NCBI GenBank assembly: GCA_030654225.1
Contig: JAURXY010000027.1
Coordinates: 1 to 58,980 of the forward strand
Direction of reading: 5' to 3'
Length of the DNA stretch: 58,980 nucleotides
Source: a bacterium
GTDB taxonomy: Bacteria > Patescibacteriota > Minisyncoccia > Moranbacterales > UBA2206
Shown here: piece by piece, positions 1-8,185 of the stretch
Layout: each line of letters starts with the position of its first letter
Numbering within the stretch: position 1 is the first letter of the stretch
Notes under the pieces: generated by a model
What the model was told of the DNA's origin: nothing
Database searches by the model: none
Seen by the model: the letters and a program-made list of their open reading frames with translations, nothing else
Program-made: the position numbers and the translations under genes

Positions 1-124
1 ACACTACAAATTCGCTGGATGGATTTTTTGGAAAAATAAAAACGCTCCTGCGTGTCCATAAAGGACTAACACAAGAGCGTAGGTACAAAATTATTCAAGA
101 AATTTTGGAAAAATAGCCTCCCAA

Positions 125-331
125 TTATTTAATTAAACCAATTTTTCCGACCAGTGCCTCTATGGCATCCCTAATGGCTTTGGTCAGTTGAGCTTTGTGG
201 CCGATGAGCCACTCAAGCTGGTTAAAGTTTAATTCCTGAATAATTGCCAGTAAAATTTGAGAAATTTTACCAAACAATTCTGCCACTTGCCCCTTTGTGC
301 CCTCGCGGACTGTTCCATTTTTTTTATCCAT
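125..331 (-). CDS. hypothetical protein (68 aa)
   Basis: ORF with a consensus-like promoter upstream (404-432) and a hairpin downstream (~39-80); no recognisable family. Confidence 0.55.
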   Translation of the reverse strand: MDKKNGTVREGTKGQVAELFGKISQILLAIIQELNFNQLEWLIGHKAQLTKAIRDAIEALVGKIGLIK

Positions 332-403
332 GGACTGTTCCTTCTAAAAAAATTGTAAAATAACTTTTTTCTAATTATCAGACCTATTTCTGACAATCAA
401 AGT

Positions 404-463
404 ATTGTATCATAAATGATAAATTCTGTCAATATTGACGGTTTATCAAATAAAATCTATACT
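404..463. promoter_or_regulatory. back-to-back divergent sigma70 promoters
   Basis: Minus strand: TTGACA (432-427)-17 nt-TACAAT (409-404). Plus strand: TTGACG (435-440)-17 nt-TATACT (458-463), upstream of rpsF. Confidence 0.7.
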
Positions 464-475
464 AAAGTTAATCAA

Positions 476-555
476 AAAAGTCCCATAGTTTTCTCGCCCC
501 GATTTATCGGGGATAAGAAAGCTGACATCCGTCAAGGACTTTCTTTGAGCGGATT
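476..555 (+). promoter_or_regulatory. structured 5' leader of the rpsF-ssb-rpsR operon (candidate ribosomal protein leader)
   Basis: Nested stems AAAGTCC/GGACTTT, AGTTTTCT/AGAAAGCT and CCCCGAT/ATCGGGG, plus possible ATCCG/CGGAT pairing; begins just after the predicted TSS. Confidence 0.4.
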
Positions 556-642
556 TTATTATCACTAATTAACTCTAATCTAGCACTAATCTCACGAATA
601 ATATTCGAGTCATTCGTGCTAAATTTGTGAGTATTCGCGAAA

Positions 643-1152
643 ATGCAATATGAAATTTTCTATCTAGTCGGAGCTTCAAAAGAGTCCGAGCTGGATAACA
701 TCAAAAAGGAAGTCGAAAAAACAGTGATCGACTTAGGCGGAGTTTTCTTGGAAAAAGAGACTCTAGAAAAAAGACGTTTGTCTTATATGGTGAAGAAAGA
801 AAATCACGGAATTTATATCGCCCGCAGATTTGAGCTAGAAAGTTCTGAAAACCTAAATGAAATTATCGCTAAGCTAAATCTCAACGGAAATATTCTCCGA
901 TATATTATGAGTAAAGCTGACGAACTTCCAGCTCTACAATCAAAAGAAGAAAGAATGAATGAAACTGCCAAAAAAGAATCCAACCAAAAAATGAGAGAAG
1001 CAACCAAGCCTGCTACAAAAAAAGAGGAAGCACCAAAAACTAAAGTAATTGAAGAAAAAATCTCTGAAGAATCAGCAGGCGGAGAAGCTATTTCGGAAAA
1101 ACTTAGTAGCGACGACATCGACAAAAAATTAGAAGAAATATTAAATATTTAA
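643..1152 (+). CDS. rpsF: 30S ribosomal protein S6 with charged C-terminal extension
   Basis: MQYEIFYL...RRLSYMVKK..G.Y...ILRY motifs; rpsF-ssb-rpsR synteny. Confidence 0.95.
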   Translation: MQYEIFYLVGASKESELDNIKKEVEKTVIDLGGVFLEKETLEKRRLSYMVKKENHGIYIARRFELESSENLNEIIAKLNLNGNILRYIMSKADELPALQSKEERMNETAKKESNQKMREATKPATKKEEAPKTKVIEEKISEESAGGEAISEKLSSDDIDKKLEEILNI

Positions 1153-1153
1153 A

Positions 1154-1242
1154 ACCGACACGAAACCACGAAACCAATACGAATCTACGAAATTAAATTT
1201 CTTCGTTCGTAGATTCGCATATAATTCGTAGTTTCGCATCGG
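1154..1242. repeat. degenerate ACGAA/TTCGT palindromic intergenic repeat
   Basis: (ACGAA)n arm, AT spacer, (TTCGT/TTCGC)n arm; nearly identical to 1734-1820. Confidence 0.85.
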
Positions 1243-1252
1243 AATAATTATT

Positions 1253-1729
1253 ATGAATGTTAATAAAGTCATGTTAGTTGGACGACTCACTAAAGACGTT
1301 GAAGTAAGAAACACTGCCACAGGGCAAACAGTTGCTTCAATCAGTATGGCTACCAACCGCTTCTGGAAAGACAAAGGCGGTCAACGCCAAGATCAAACTG
1401 AATTTCACAATGTTGTGTTGTGGGGACGCCTCGCTGAAATAGCTGGACAATACCTTTCTAAAGGACAAGAAGCTTACATCGAAGGACGACTTCAGACTAG
1501 AAAATATACCGCCAAGGATGGCACTGAAAGACGCACCACTGAAATTGTAGCCGAAAATATGCAACTTGGTTCGCGTGCTCAAGGTTCCGCCGCTCCAGCC
1601 TCTAGTTATAACAATCCTGCGCCAGCAAAACCAACTGCTCCGATCCAAGAAACTCCTGCCGAAGAAATTCCTACCATCAATTTAGACGAAGAAGAAAATG
1701 AAGTGAGAATTGAAGATGTACCCTTTTAA
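1253..1729 (+). CDS. ssb: single-stranded DNA-binding protein
   Basis: NKVMLVGRLTKD OB-fold start; C-terminal EDVPF. Confidence 0.98.
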   Translation: MNVNKVMLVGRLTKDVEVRNTATGQTVASISMATNRFWKDKGGQRQDQTEFHNVVLWGRLAEIAGQYLSKGQEAYIEGRLQTRKYTAKDGTERRTTEIVAENMQLGSRAQGSAAPASSYNNPAPAKPTAPIQETPAEEIPTINLDEEENEVRIEDVPF

Positions 1730-1733
1730 TAAC

Positions 1734-1820
1734 CCGACACGAAACCACGAAACAAGAACGAATCTACGAAATTAAATTTTTTGTTCGTAGATTCGCATTA
1801 AATTCGTAGATTCGCATCGG
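1734..1820. repeat. degenerate ACGAA/TTCGT palindromic intergenic repeat
   Basis: Near copy of 1154-1242 (CCGACACGAAACCACGAAAC...TTCGTAGATTCGCATCGG). Confidence 0.85.
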
Positions 1821-1835
1821 TATAACAATAATTTT

Positions 1836-2060
1836 ATGAACAACAACGAAGTAATTGAAAAAAAGATCTGCCATTTTTGTCAGAACAAAATGGATAAAAT
1901 TGACTTTAAGGATTCCTATCTTTTACGTCGTTTTATGAATTCTCAGGGAAAAATTTATCCACCAAAGAGACACGGGACTTGTGCTCGTCATCAAAGATCT
2001 CTCGCTAATGCCATAAAAAAAGCGCGAACTATGGCTCTTGTGCCATTTGTCGCTAGATAA
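1836..2060 (+). CDS. rpsR: 30S ribosomal protein S18 (zinc-binding form)
   Basis: CHFC...IDFKD..LL..F...GKI.P....[15 protein letters not shown]. Confidence 0.97.
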   Translation: MNNNEVIEKKICHFCQNKMDKIDFKDSYLLRRFMNSQGKIYPPKRHGTCARHQRSLANAIKKARTMALVPFVAR

Positions 2061-2064
2061 ATTC

Positions 2065-2622
2065 ATGTTAAATATAAACGAAATAAAAACCGGAACAAAT
2101 ATCATTCAGGGCGGTACTCCATATGTTGTGCTCTATCACGAGCATTCCAAGACTGGCCGAGCTGGTTCAGTTCTTCGCACTCGTCTCAAGAATTTAGCCA
2201 ATGGAACTGTTTTGGAAAAAACTTTTCAAGGTTCAGAAGCAGTCGAAGAAGCTGATGTTTCCAAAAGTAAGGCACAATATACCTACAAGGAAAGTGACAG
2301 CTATAATTTCATGGACAATGAGTCATATGAACAATTCACTCTTTCTAAGGAGGCGCTAGGAGACAATATCAACTATCTCAAAGAAGGCACAGAAGTTTCT
2401 ATTTTGAATTTCAACGGCAATCCAATCAATATCGAATTGCCCATCAAAATAACTTTGCGCGTGATTGAAGCGCCACCAGGAGTGAAAGGCAACACCGTTT
2501 CCACTGGCGGAAAAATGGTGACACTTGAAACCGGCATCAAAGTTTCTACTCCGCTTTTTGTGAAGGAAGGTGATGAAGTCATCATCAACACAGAAAAGGG
2601 TGAGTATGTTTCTAGAGCCTAA
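2065..2622 (+). CDS. efp: elongation factor P
   Basis: KTGRAG loop, PPGVKGNT, LETG..V..PLFV.EGD...INT..GEYVSRA; start moved to ATG 2065 (185 aa). Confidence 0.97.
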   Translation: MLNINEIKTGTNIIQGGTPYVVLYHEHSKTGRAGSVLRTRLKNLANGTVLEKTFQGSEAVEEADVSKSKAQYTYKESDSYNFMDNESYEQFTLSKEALGDNINYLKEGTEVSILNFNGNPINIELPIKITLRVIEAPPGVKGNTVSTGGKMVTLETGIKVSTPLFVKEGDEVIINTEKGEYVSRA

Positions 2623-2643
2623 ATATAAAATTTATTTTCTTCA

Positions 2644-2673
2644 AAAAAACCAGAATTAATTTCTGGTTTTTTT
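2644..2673. terminator. bidirectional intrinsic terminator
   Basis: A-tract, CCAGAA/TTCTGG stem, T-tract, between convergent genes. Confidence 0.75.
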
Positions 2674-2712
2674 ATTTTTAAGTATGCTTTATTTATTTTC
2701 GTCAATCATTCT

Positions 2713-3258
2713 CTAGTCTTCATTTTTTTCATGCATCACTTTGCCTTTTTCAATCTCCTGAAAAAGCAAAGGCTTATTTTTATTAATTTTTATCATCTCG
2801 CTTGGACTTTTTACAATAATTTGCGCTCTTTCTGCAAATTCTGAATTGTTTATCATTTTTCTAACTCCATTGATATTATTAGTTAAAACAAATAAATCGA
2901 TATCGCTATCTTTTTTGTTCGTTCCATTGGCAAATGATCCAAATAAAATGATTTCTATACTATCATTTTTTAATTTGTTTATTAATGGTTCTAATTTTGA
3001 AACATTTAATAATACTTTTATCTCGCGAATTAGATTATTTTTACTATCAGCTTGATACAAAGAAGTTCGCCCGATTTTTTTGCACTTTATAATTTTATTT
3101 TCTGACAATTTTCGCAAAGCCAAATTAACTGCCGATTTCTTAACACCTGTTTTTTTCACTATTTCTTTTTCTTGAAATTCTTTTCCGGCATTTTCCACCA
3201 AAAAAACCAGCGCCTTTTGTTGAGAGGTTATAAAAATAATCTTTTCAATTATACTCAT
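2713..3258 (-). CDS. HTH + minimal nucleotidyltransferase (MntA-like) protein
   Basis: N-terminal winged HTH; LFGSFANG...DSDIDLFV Pol-beta-superfamily NTase motif. Confidence 0.85.
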   Translation of the reverse strand: MSIIEKIIFITSQQKALVFLVENAGKEFQEKEIVKKTGVKKSAVNLALRKLSENKIIKCKKIGRTSLYQADSKNNLIREIKVLLNVSKLEPLINKLKNDSIEIILFGSFANGTNKKDSDIDLFVLTNNINGVRKMINNSEFAERAQIIVKSPSEMIKINKNKPLLFQEIEKGKVMHEKNED

Positions 3259-3289
3259 ATTTTTATTCCATTATTTTGGATATATTTCC

Positions 3290-3318
3290 ATTATACTGGA
3301 ATATCACTTATTTGTCAA
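3290..3318 (-). promoter_or_regulatory. consensus sigma70 promoter for the NTase gene
   Basis: TTGACA (3318-3313)-17 nt-TATAAT (3295-3290). Confidence 0.85.
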
Positions 3319-3323
3319 CTACT

Positions 3324-3389
3324 CTACTCTGACCTTTCCGCTCCTCTCCACGCCAACTCAAAAATCGCCTTTTGGGAACGGGCGATTTT
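3324..3389 (-). pseudogene. 3' remnant of a TrmB-family gene
   Basis: Translates KIARSQKAIFELAWRGAERSE*, matching EITRSQKAIFELAWRGAGDL at the C-terminus of 8186-8938. Confidence 0.8.
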
Positions 3390-3496
3390 GAGGGCTTTAA
3401 TTTTCCTTTTTTTGGAGCAAGCTTTGATTTTTTTTGCTAGCCTTACAAAAGTTCATTGAAAAAAGAAAGAACTTGGATTAAATTTTTTGGGATTTT

Positions 3497-4291
3497 TTAA
3501 TCAGAAAATAATTGATCTATTGAAACGGGTTTTCCTTGAGTATAAAGCAAATGAAAAAAAGTGCTTAATGACTGATAGATATTTTTGTTTTTTATCATTA
3601 CGATAAAATTTTCTTGCGGAACTAAAATAAAAGAAAGGTCCGGATATAGCAAATAAAGATTGATAGAAAAAGGAAATTGCTGATTATCAATGACGCGAAC
3701 AGTGGCTGGTCTTTGCATGGCAATTTCTTTTGTTTTTTTGGGAATATTATTAAAAATTTCCAGCATTTTTTCAGTAATGATGCCTTGTGTTATAACACCT
3801 TTTTCCAAAAATTTTTTCTGCCAGCGATGATTGAAATCATTCCCAAGTTTTTCCAAGGAATCTGCCAAGGCCTCTTCGCTTTCGATTAAAAATGCCGGGG
3901 TTTTATATTTCATAACGAGCATTGTTTCATAAAGTTTGCGTAAACCTTCAGCCGTATCAAAATATTCAACAGAAGATCTCTTGTTTTTTATATCTAACAT
4001 TTTTTCTAAGCTTGGTACCATCGTTCCAAAACTATCTATTTTTCTTTGCCATTCTTCCTGAATGACTGAAGGATTGATGGCAGAAAAATATTCTACTGTA
4101 TCTTTTTTTGCTTTTTTCAAATAACCCTTATTTAGCAAATTTTTGACATAAATATAGATTGATGTTCGCGGGATATCCACCTCTTTCGCTAATTCGGAAA
4201 TTTTTGATTTTCCCAGTTTCAAGCAAGCTAGATATATTTCCGCTTCTTGATTTTTGAGTCCTAGTTTTCTTAGTGATTCTTGATATTTCAT
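3497..4291 (-). CDS. TrmB-family transcriptional regulator (paralog 1)
   Basis: LGL...EAEIYLACL.LG......LA....IPRTSIY wHTH plus C-terminal effector domain (YFD..EGL...YE). Confidence 0.88.
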   Translation of the reverse strand: MKYQESLRKLGLKNQEAEIYLACLKLGKSKISELAKEVDIPRTSIYIYVKNLLNKGYLKKAKKDTVEYFSAINPSVIQEEWQRKIDSFGTMVPSLEKMLDIKNKRSSVEYFDTAEGLRKLYETMLVMKYKTPAFLIESEEALADSLEKLGNDFNHRWQKKFLEKGVITQGIITEKMLEIFNNIPKKTKEIAMQRPATVRVIDNQQFPFSINLYLLYPDLSFILVPQENFIVMIKNKNIYQSLSTFFHLLYTQGKPVSIDQLFSD

Positions 4292-4297
4292 AAAAGC

Positions 4298-4328
4298 ATT
4301 TTATACTTTGTTGACTTTTTTGTCAACA
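4298..4328 (-). promoter_or_regulatory. probably leaderless promoter of TrmB paralog 1, overlapped by a palindromic operator candidate
   Basis: TTGACA (4326-4321)-17 nt-TAAAAT (4303-4298), with the ATG 7 nt downstream; palindrome TGTTGAC-N6-GTCAACA at 4309-4328. Confidence 0.6.
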
Positions 4329-4460
4329 TAACAGCACGGTTAATTGCTTTATAATAGGCATAATTAATAAAAATTATATTTCTCGTTTTATTTTAAAACA
4401 AAAAACTTTTAAAATGCAATAGTTGATGTAGTTGTTTAACAATCAAAGAGGAGGTGTGAT

Positions 4461-4616
4461 ATGGCATTGGGAATTGAGGGAAGCGCCGGAAAATTAAAAT
4501 TGGTAGCGGTGGAAGAAAAAAAAGACGGGAAAAACAAAAATGAAACACCGTCAAAGATTAACAATAATGATGACAAGCGCTCAAAAAATAAAGGCGCTCA
4601 AGAAAGGGAGGTGTGA
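4461..4616 (+). CDS. small peptide (51 aa), candidate radical SAM substrate/precursor
   Basis: Not in the ORF track; strong SD GAGGAGGTG; MALGIEGSAGKLKLVAVEEKKDGKNKNETPSKINNNDDKRSKNKGAQEREV*; stop lies 1 nt before the rSAM ATG. Confidence 0.75.
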   Translation: MALGIEGSAGKLKLVAVEEKKDGKNKNETPSKINNNDDKRSKNKGAQEREV

Positions 4617-4617
4617 T

Positions 4618-5598
4618 ATGGCAGTAGGATTTGAAGGAAGTGCGGGATCACTGATTCCGCGAATTAAAAGCATTTCTCTGTTCATTAACAATATGTGCAA
4701 CTTGCGTTGCCCGTATTGTTATGTTTCGGCTTTAAACAAAGAAGTACCTGTCGAAATCAAAGTAGATGATATTATAAAATTCATTAATGTGGTTCACGAA
4801 AAATGTGAATTGGAGAGTGTTGTCATTGTCGGTCGAGAGCCTCTTTTATCTCCCAAAGTGATGCTCGAGGTTCTTCAGGAGATACAAAAAATGGGTATTC
4901 CCAAAGTTGGCATTATAACCAATGGGACACTCATTACGAAAAAAATTGCCAAAAAATTGGCAGGGCTGGTTTCTTTTGTGGATGTTTCGTTTGACGGGCT
5001 TAAAGAAGCCCACGAAAAAACAAGAGGAAGAGGTAGTTTTGCCAAAACAGTAGCTGGCACTAAGCGTCTTCTTGATGCAGGTATAGATGTTTTTGTCCTG
5101 CATAAAGTGGACAGTGCATCTGCACCGCAACTGAACGAGTTTGCGGAATTTATGTGGAATATGGGAGTTAAAAATATCCACATATTCACATTGTATCCAA
5201 GAGACATTAAAGCCGATGTCTTTATGGATGCAATCAAAGAACTTGTGGATAGTCCGCCATCGGAAATGCTTATTTCTATTAAGGGAGATTATTTCGACAA
5301 AGAGATCCTTTCAGCACTTTCTGATTACATTTGCAATGAAAAAATGGTAGAGAGTGTAGAAGGAATATCTTTTATTGAGAAAAGCATCAAACACAACAGC
5401 ATTCTACGAGTGATGCTGGAAAATGAACCGGCGGAATTTCGCAGAGGTCTGAGAATAGACTGCTTCGGCCGGCTTGTTTTCTGTGCTGATCAAGCGCGAA
5501 GCTTAAAGCGTCCGGTGGGAAATATCTCTGAAAGTTTGGAGGAGATATTTTCACGAACATCTCTGATTCATAAAATCATAGACGACTATGTAATATAA
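4618..5598 (+). CDS. radical SAM protein with reduced SPASM/twitch-like C-terminus
   Basis: CNLRCPYC motif, GREPLL, TNGTL, SFDG...H...RGRGSF; C-terminal IDCFGRLVFC...VGNI; start at 4618 supported by SD GGGAGGTG. Confidence 0.92.
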   Translation: MAVGFEGSAGSLIPRIKSISLFINNMCNLRCPYCYVSALNKEVPVEIKVDDIIKFINVVHEKCELESVVIVGREPLLSPKVMLEVLQEIQKMGIPKVGIITNGTLITKKIAKKLAGLVSFVDVSFDGLKEAHEKTRGRGSFAKTVAGTKRLLDAGIDVFVLHKVDSASAPQLNEFAEFMWNMGVKNIHIFTLYPRDIKADVFMDAIKELVDSPPSEMLISIKGDYFDKEILSALSDYICNEKMVESVEGISFIEKSIKHNSILRVMLENEPAEFRRGLRIDCFGRLVFCADQARSLKRPVGNISESLEEIFSRTSLIHKIIDDYVI

Positions 5599-5669
5599 TC
5601 AAACGGTCCCAATTGTAAAGAGCAAAGTTAGATTTTTAAATGACTAAATGCGCGGTCACATGAGGAAAA

Positions 5670-5708
5670 AGGCAGGCGTCGAGAACTTCGACCCTGCCTA
5701 TTTTTTTT
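5670..5708 (+). terminator. intrinsic terminator of the peptide-rSAM operon
   Basis: AGGCAGG.GTCGA...TCGAC.CCTGCCT stem followed by a T-tract. Confidence 0.75.
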
Positions 5709-5874
5709 GATTCAAAAATTTTACCGCATTCAATATTTATTTTTTGTTAACCCTTTTCAAAATTTCATGCACTCATCAAAGCATCTTACTTTTTTGTATT
5801 TATCTTCAAAGAAACTCTGAATGAACAAAATATTTTTTCTAAATTTTTTCCAAAAGTTATGACTCGAGAATAAT

Positions 5875-6603
5875 CTATTTCGAAGTTTTCCACAAATATT
5901 CAAAAATATTTTTCATTGCTTCGGCGATTTTTTGGTTTTTAATAATAACGCCAGAGGGATTTTTTTTGTCGAAAGCGACAACTGCCAATTTGTCATCGTA
6001 AACATTAATTTCGATTTCAAGATCTTGAAAAAGTTTGATAAATTTCATCTCACGAAGCATTTCTTTGGCATTTTTCAAATGCTTTCTGCCTTCAATACTT
6101 TCCGGGATCAGATTTTTTACCCTCACTCCATGCGCCACTCTTTTAGGCAAATAATCATTCAAAAAGAAATCTTCCATATCATTTTGTGCGCTTTTGAAAT
6201 CCGTGATGGCATAAATCATTTTATTGGTATTTTCCCGCCAAGTATCAGCATAAAGATTTTTCACGCCTTCCATTCCTTCGAAATAGCTTACTTTTGATAG
6301 CAAGGATTTATTCTGATTTTGATTTTTTGCTGATCTAATAAGTTTTTGGTTTTCCAGTTTGAAATAATCATTTCTTTTTGCGATCCAAGTTTCCAAATCT
6401 TTCTCGCTTATCGCTTTGAAAACATCCTTATTGCCAACGCTAATTTTGGAAACCAAGCCTTTTTCCAAAAGTCTTTCCAAGACGGGATAAACAGTGGTCC
6501 TGTTTATCATATTTTCTTTCGCCAATTCACAAACCGAGACCTCTCCCAATTTATACAGACTAGCCAAAACATCCCTTTCTTTTTCGCTTAAAATATAATT
6601 CAT
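5875..6603 (-). CDS. TrmB-family transcriptional regulator (paralog 2)
   Basis: LSEKE..V..SL..LG....ELA....INRTTVY..L..L.EKGLV; YFEG.EG; EINVYDDK. Confidence 0.9.
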   Translation of the reverse strand: MNYILSEKERDVLASLYKLGEVSVCELAKENMINRTTVYPVLERLLEKGLVSKISVGNKDVFKAISEKDLETWIAKRNDYFKLENQKLIRSAKNQNQNKSLLSKVSYFEGMEGVKNLYADTWRENTNKMIYAITDFKSAQNDMEDFFLNDYLPKRVAHGVRVKNLIPESIEGRKHLKNAKEMLREMKFIKLFQDLEIEINVYDDKLAVVAFDKKNPSGVIIKNQKIAEAMKNIFEYLWKTSK

Positions 6604-6636
6604 AAAGTTTTCATTACGTCTTAATAATACGCCTTG

Positions 6637-6684
6637 TTGTCAATCGTGTCAACACTTTGACAAATATTTTTATTATGATATTAT
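6637..6684. promoter_or_regulatory. divergent promoter/operator region
   Basis: TGTCAA twice, then TTGACA (6657-6662) and an extended -10 TGaTATTAT. Confidence 0.5.
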
Positions 6685-6753
6685 TTTCTATCCTGCTATT
6701 AGAGCAGTGTGTTATTTAAAAACTTAATAAAACAACAATATAGGAGGTGTAAA

Positions 6754-6906
6754 ATGCTTACCCCAGAAGAATTAGCAATAATAATAAAATTTATTTCAGA
6801 AAAACTAAATAAGCCACTGAAAGAGGTGGCGGAGGAAGTCTTGGAAGCGCAACGGGAAATGACAGAAGAATCTCTTAAAGAGGAGTTAAAGAAGTTTAAA
6901 AATTAA
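6754..6906 (+). CDS. small hypothetical protein (50 aa)
   Basis: SD AGGAGGTG before ATG 6754 (MLTPEEL...). Confidence 0.65.
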   Translation: MLTPEELAIIIKFISEKLNKPLKEVAEEVLEAQREMTEESLKEELKKFKN

Positions 6907-6937
6907 GGTTTAATTAAATAATTGGGAGGGGATAAAA

Positions 6938-7195
6938 ATGAAAAGAAGAAAGGTTCATAGCTACTTTATAGCAATCAAAGAAATCAAAGAACATCCGAAT
7001 TTTAAAAAAATATTAGAAAGTTTGGAAACTGAGGGATTTGAGTTGGAAGAAGTAGAGATTACGAAAGAAAAACTTGGTGATTTTAATTTTTTGAAAAAAT
7101 ACATGAGACAAATAAACTTTCTCGAAGCAGGAAGAAAATTTAAAGAAAGTGGTTTCGAAAATGGATATTCCTACTTCTTAATATTCGAAATCTAA
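6938..7195 (+). CDS. hypothetical protein
   Basis: SD GGGAGG; operonic position. Confidence 0.65.
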   Translation: MKRRKVHSYFIAIKEIKEHPNFKKILESLETEGFELEEVEITKEKLGDFNFLKKYMRQINFLEAGRKFKESGFENGYSYFLIFEI

Positions 7196-7230
7196 ACAGT
7201 TAAAATTTTTCAAAAAAAAGGAGAAAAGAC

Positions 7231-8109
7231 ATGTTAAAAGAAAAAATCACCAATCCGTGGTTAAGATTCCAGATTATGGATATTCTTAATATTTCCGAAG
7301 AAGAAAAAATGGAAATAACTAAGAAAGCATTTCTTTTTATTGTTAAATGCACAGGAGATTTGTATATTCCATATGATGAAATAAAAAAATATCTTGCAAG
7401 AATTACCAAGAAATATCCTGTCATTGAAAAAATAAAAGACGAGGAAATACTCGAGTCATTGAGATGTTTTATTACTAAAACACCTGGGACATATCATAAA
7501 ATTACTCATTTGGAAATGTTGACTACTATTAAGATTTTTTTCAAAAATCTTGAAACCATTAAAAAAATTGAAAGGATGATCTATCGTTCATATGTACTTG
7601 CTCCCCCTTATGAACCATCGCATGCTTTCCATATTCAATATAAATGGGCGCTATCAAAAAAAGAAAAAAATGCAATAGTTCGGGATGTTATTAAAGAAAG
7701 AACGGGCTATCAAAGTGCAATATTTCTTGCAAAACGTTTCAAGATGCCAACAAAAAAACTATATTGGGCGCTTAGTGAAGAAGAAAAAATGGAAATAACC
7801 GAAAAAATTATAAAGGGATATCCTGATAATTGGAAAAAGAAGCTTGAAAAAATATTCGGCAATAAGAGAGCAACTAGTGCCATCCGGAAATATTATGAAA
7901 GACTTCTAATTAAAAACAATTATGATGAAGCCGAGGTCGTGGGAAAATATCCTACTATAATTTTAAAAGTATTATTATCAAAAATAAATAAATGTTATCT
8001 ATGGGATGCTTCTGAATTCGCGCAAAGATTTATGCCTGAAAGGAAAGAAATCTTAAAGGAACTAAAGATCCTTGAGGATGCAGAGATGGCATTTTATGCC
8101 ACTTTATAA
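7231..8109 (+). CDS. hypothetical helical protein with internal repeats
   Basis: SD AGGAG; SEEEKMEIT twice and WALS twice. Confidence 0.75.
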   Translation: MLKEKITNPWLRFQIMDILNISEEEKMEITKKAFLFIVKCTGDLYIPYDEIKKYLARITKKYPVIEKIKDEEILESLRCFITKTPGTYHKITHLEMLTTIKIFFKNLETIKKIERMIYRSYVLAPPYEPSHAFHIQYKWALSKKEKNAIVRDVIKERTGYQSAIFLAKRFKMPTKKLYWALSEEEKMEITEKIIKGYPDNWKKKLEKIFGNKRATSAIRKYYERLLIKNNYDEAEVVGKYPTIILKVLLSKINKCYLWDASEFAQRFMPERKEILKELKILEDAEMAFYATL

Positions 8110-8131
8110 AAAAGAACAAGGAACAGAACAA

Positions 8132-8166
8132 CAGCCAGGAAACCCATTGCGGTTCCTGGCTTTTTA
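8132..8166 (+). terminator. intrinsic terminator
   Basis: AGCCAGGAA/TTCCTGGCT stem plus T-tract. Confidence 0.75.
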
Positions 8167-8185
8167 TATTTTAGCTTTTTTAAAA

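Noticed and set aside
3172..3459. 95-aa plus-strand ORF
   Set aside because: It overlaps the NTase gene, its promoter and the TrmB remnant on the opposite strand; no coding features.
4540..4617. N-terminal extension of the radical SAM ORF (start 4540)
   Set aside because: No SD at 4540 and it overlaps the SD-led peptide ORF in another frame; ATG 4618 has a strong SD.
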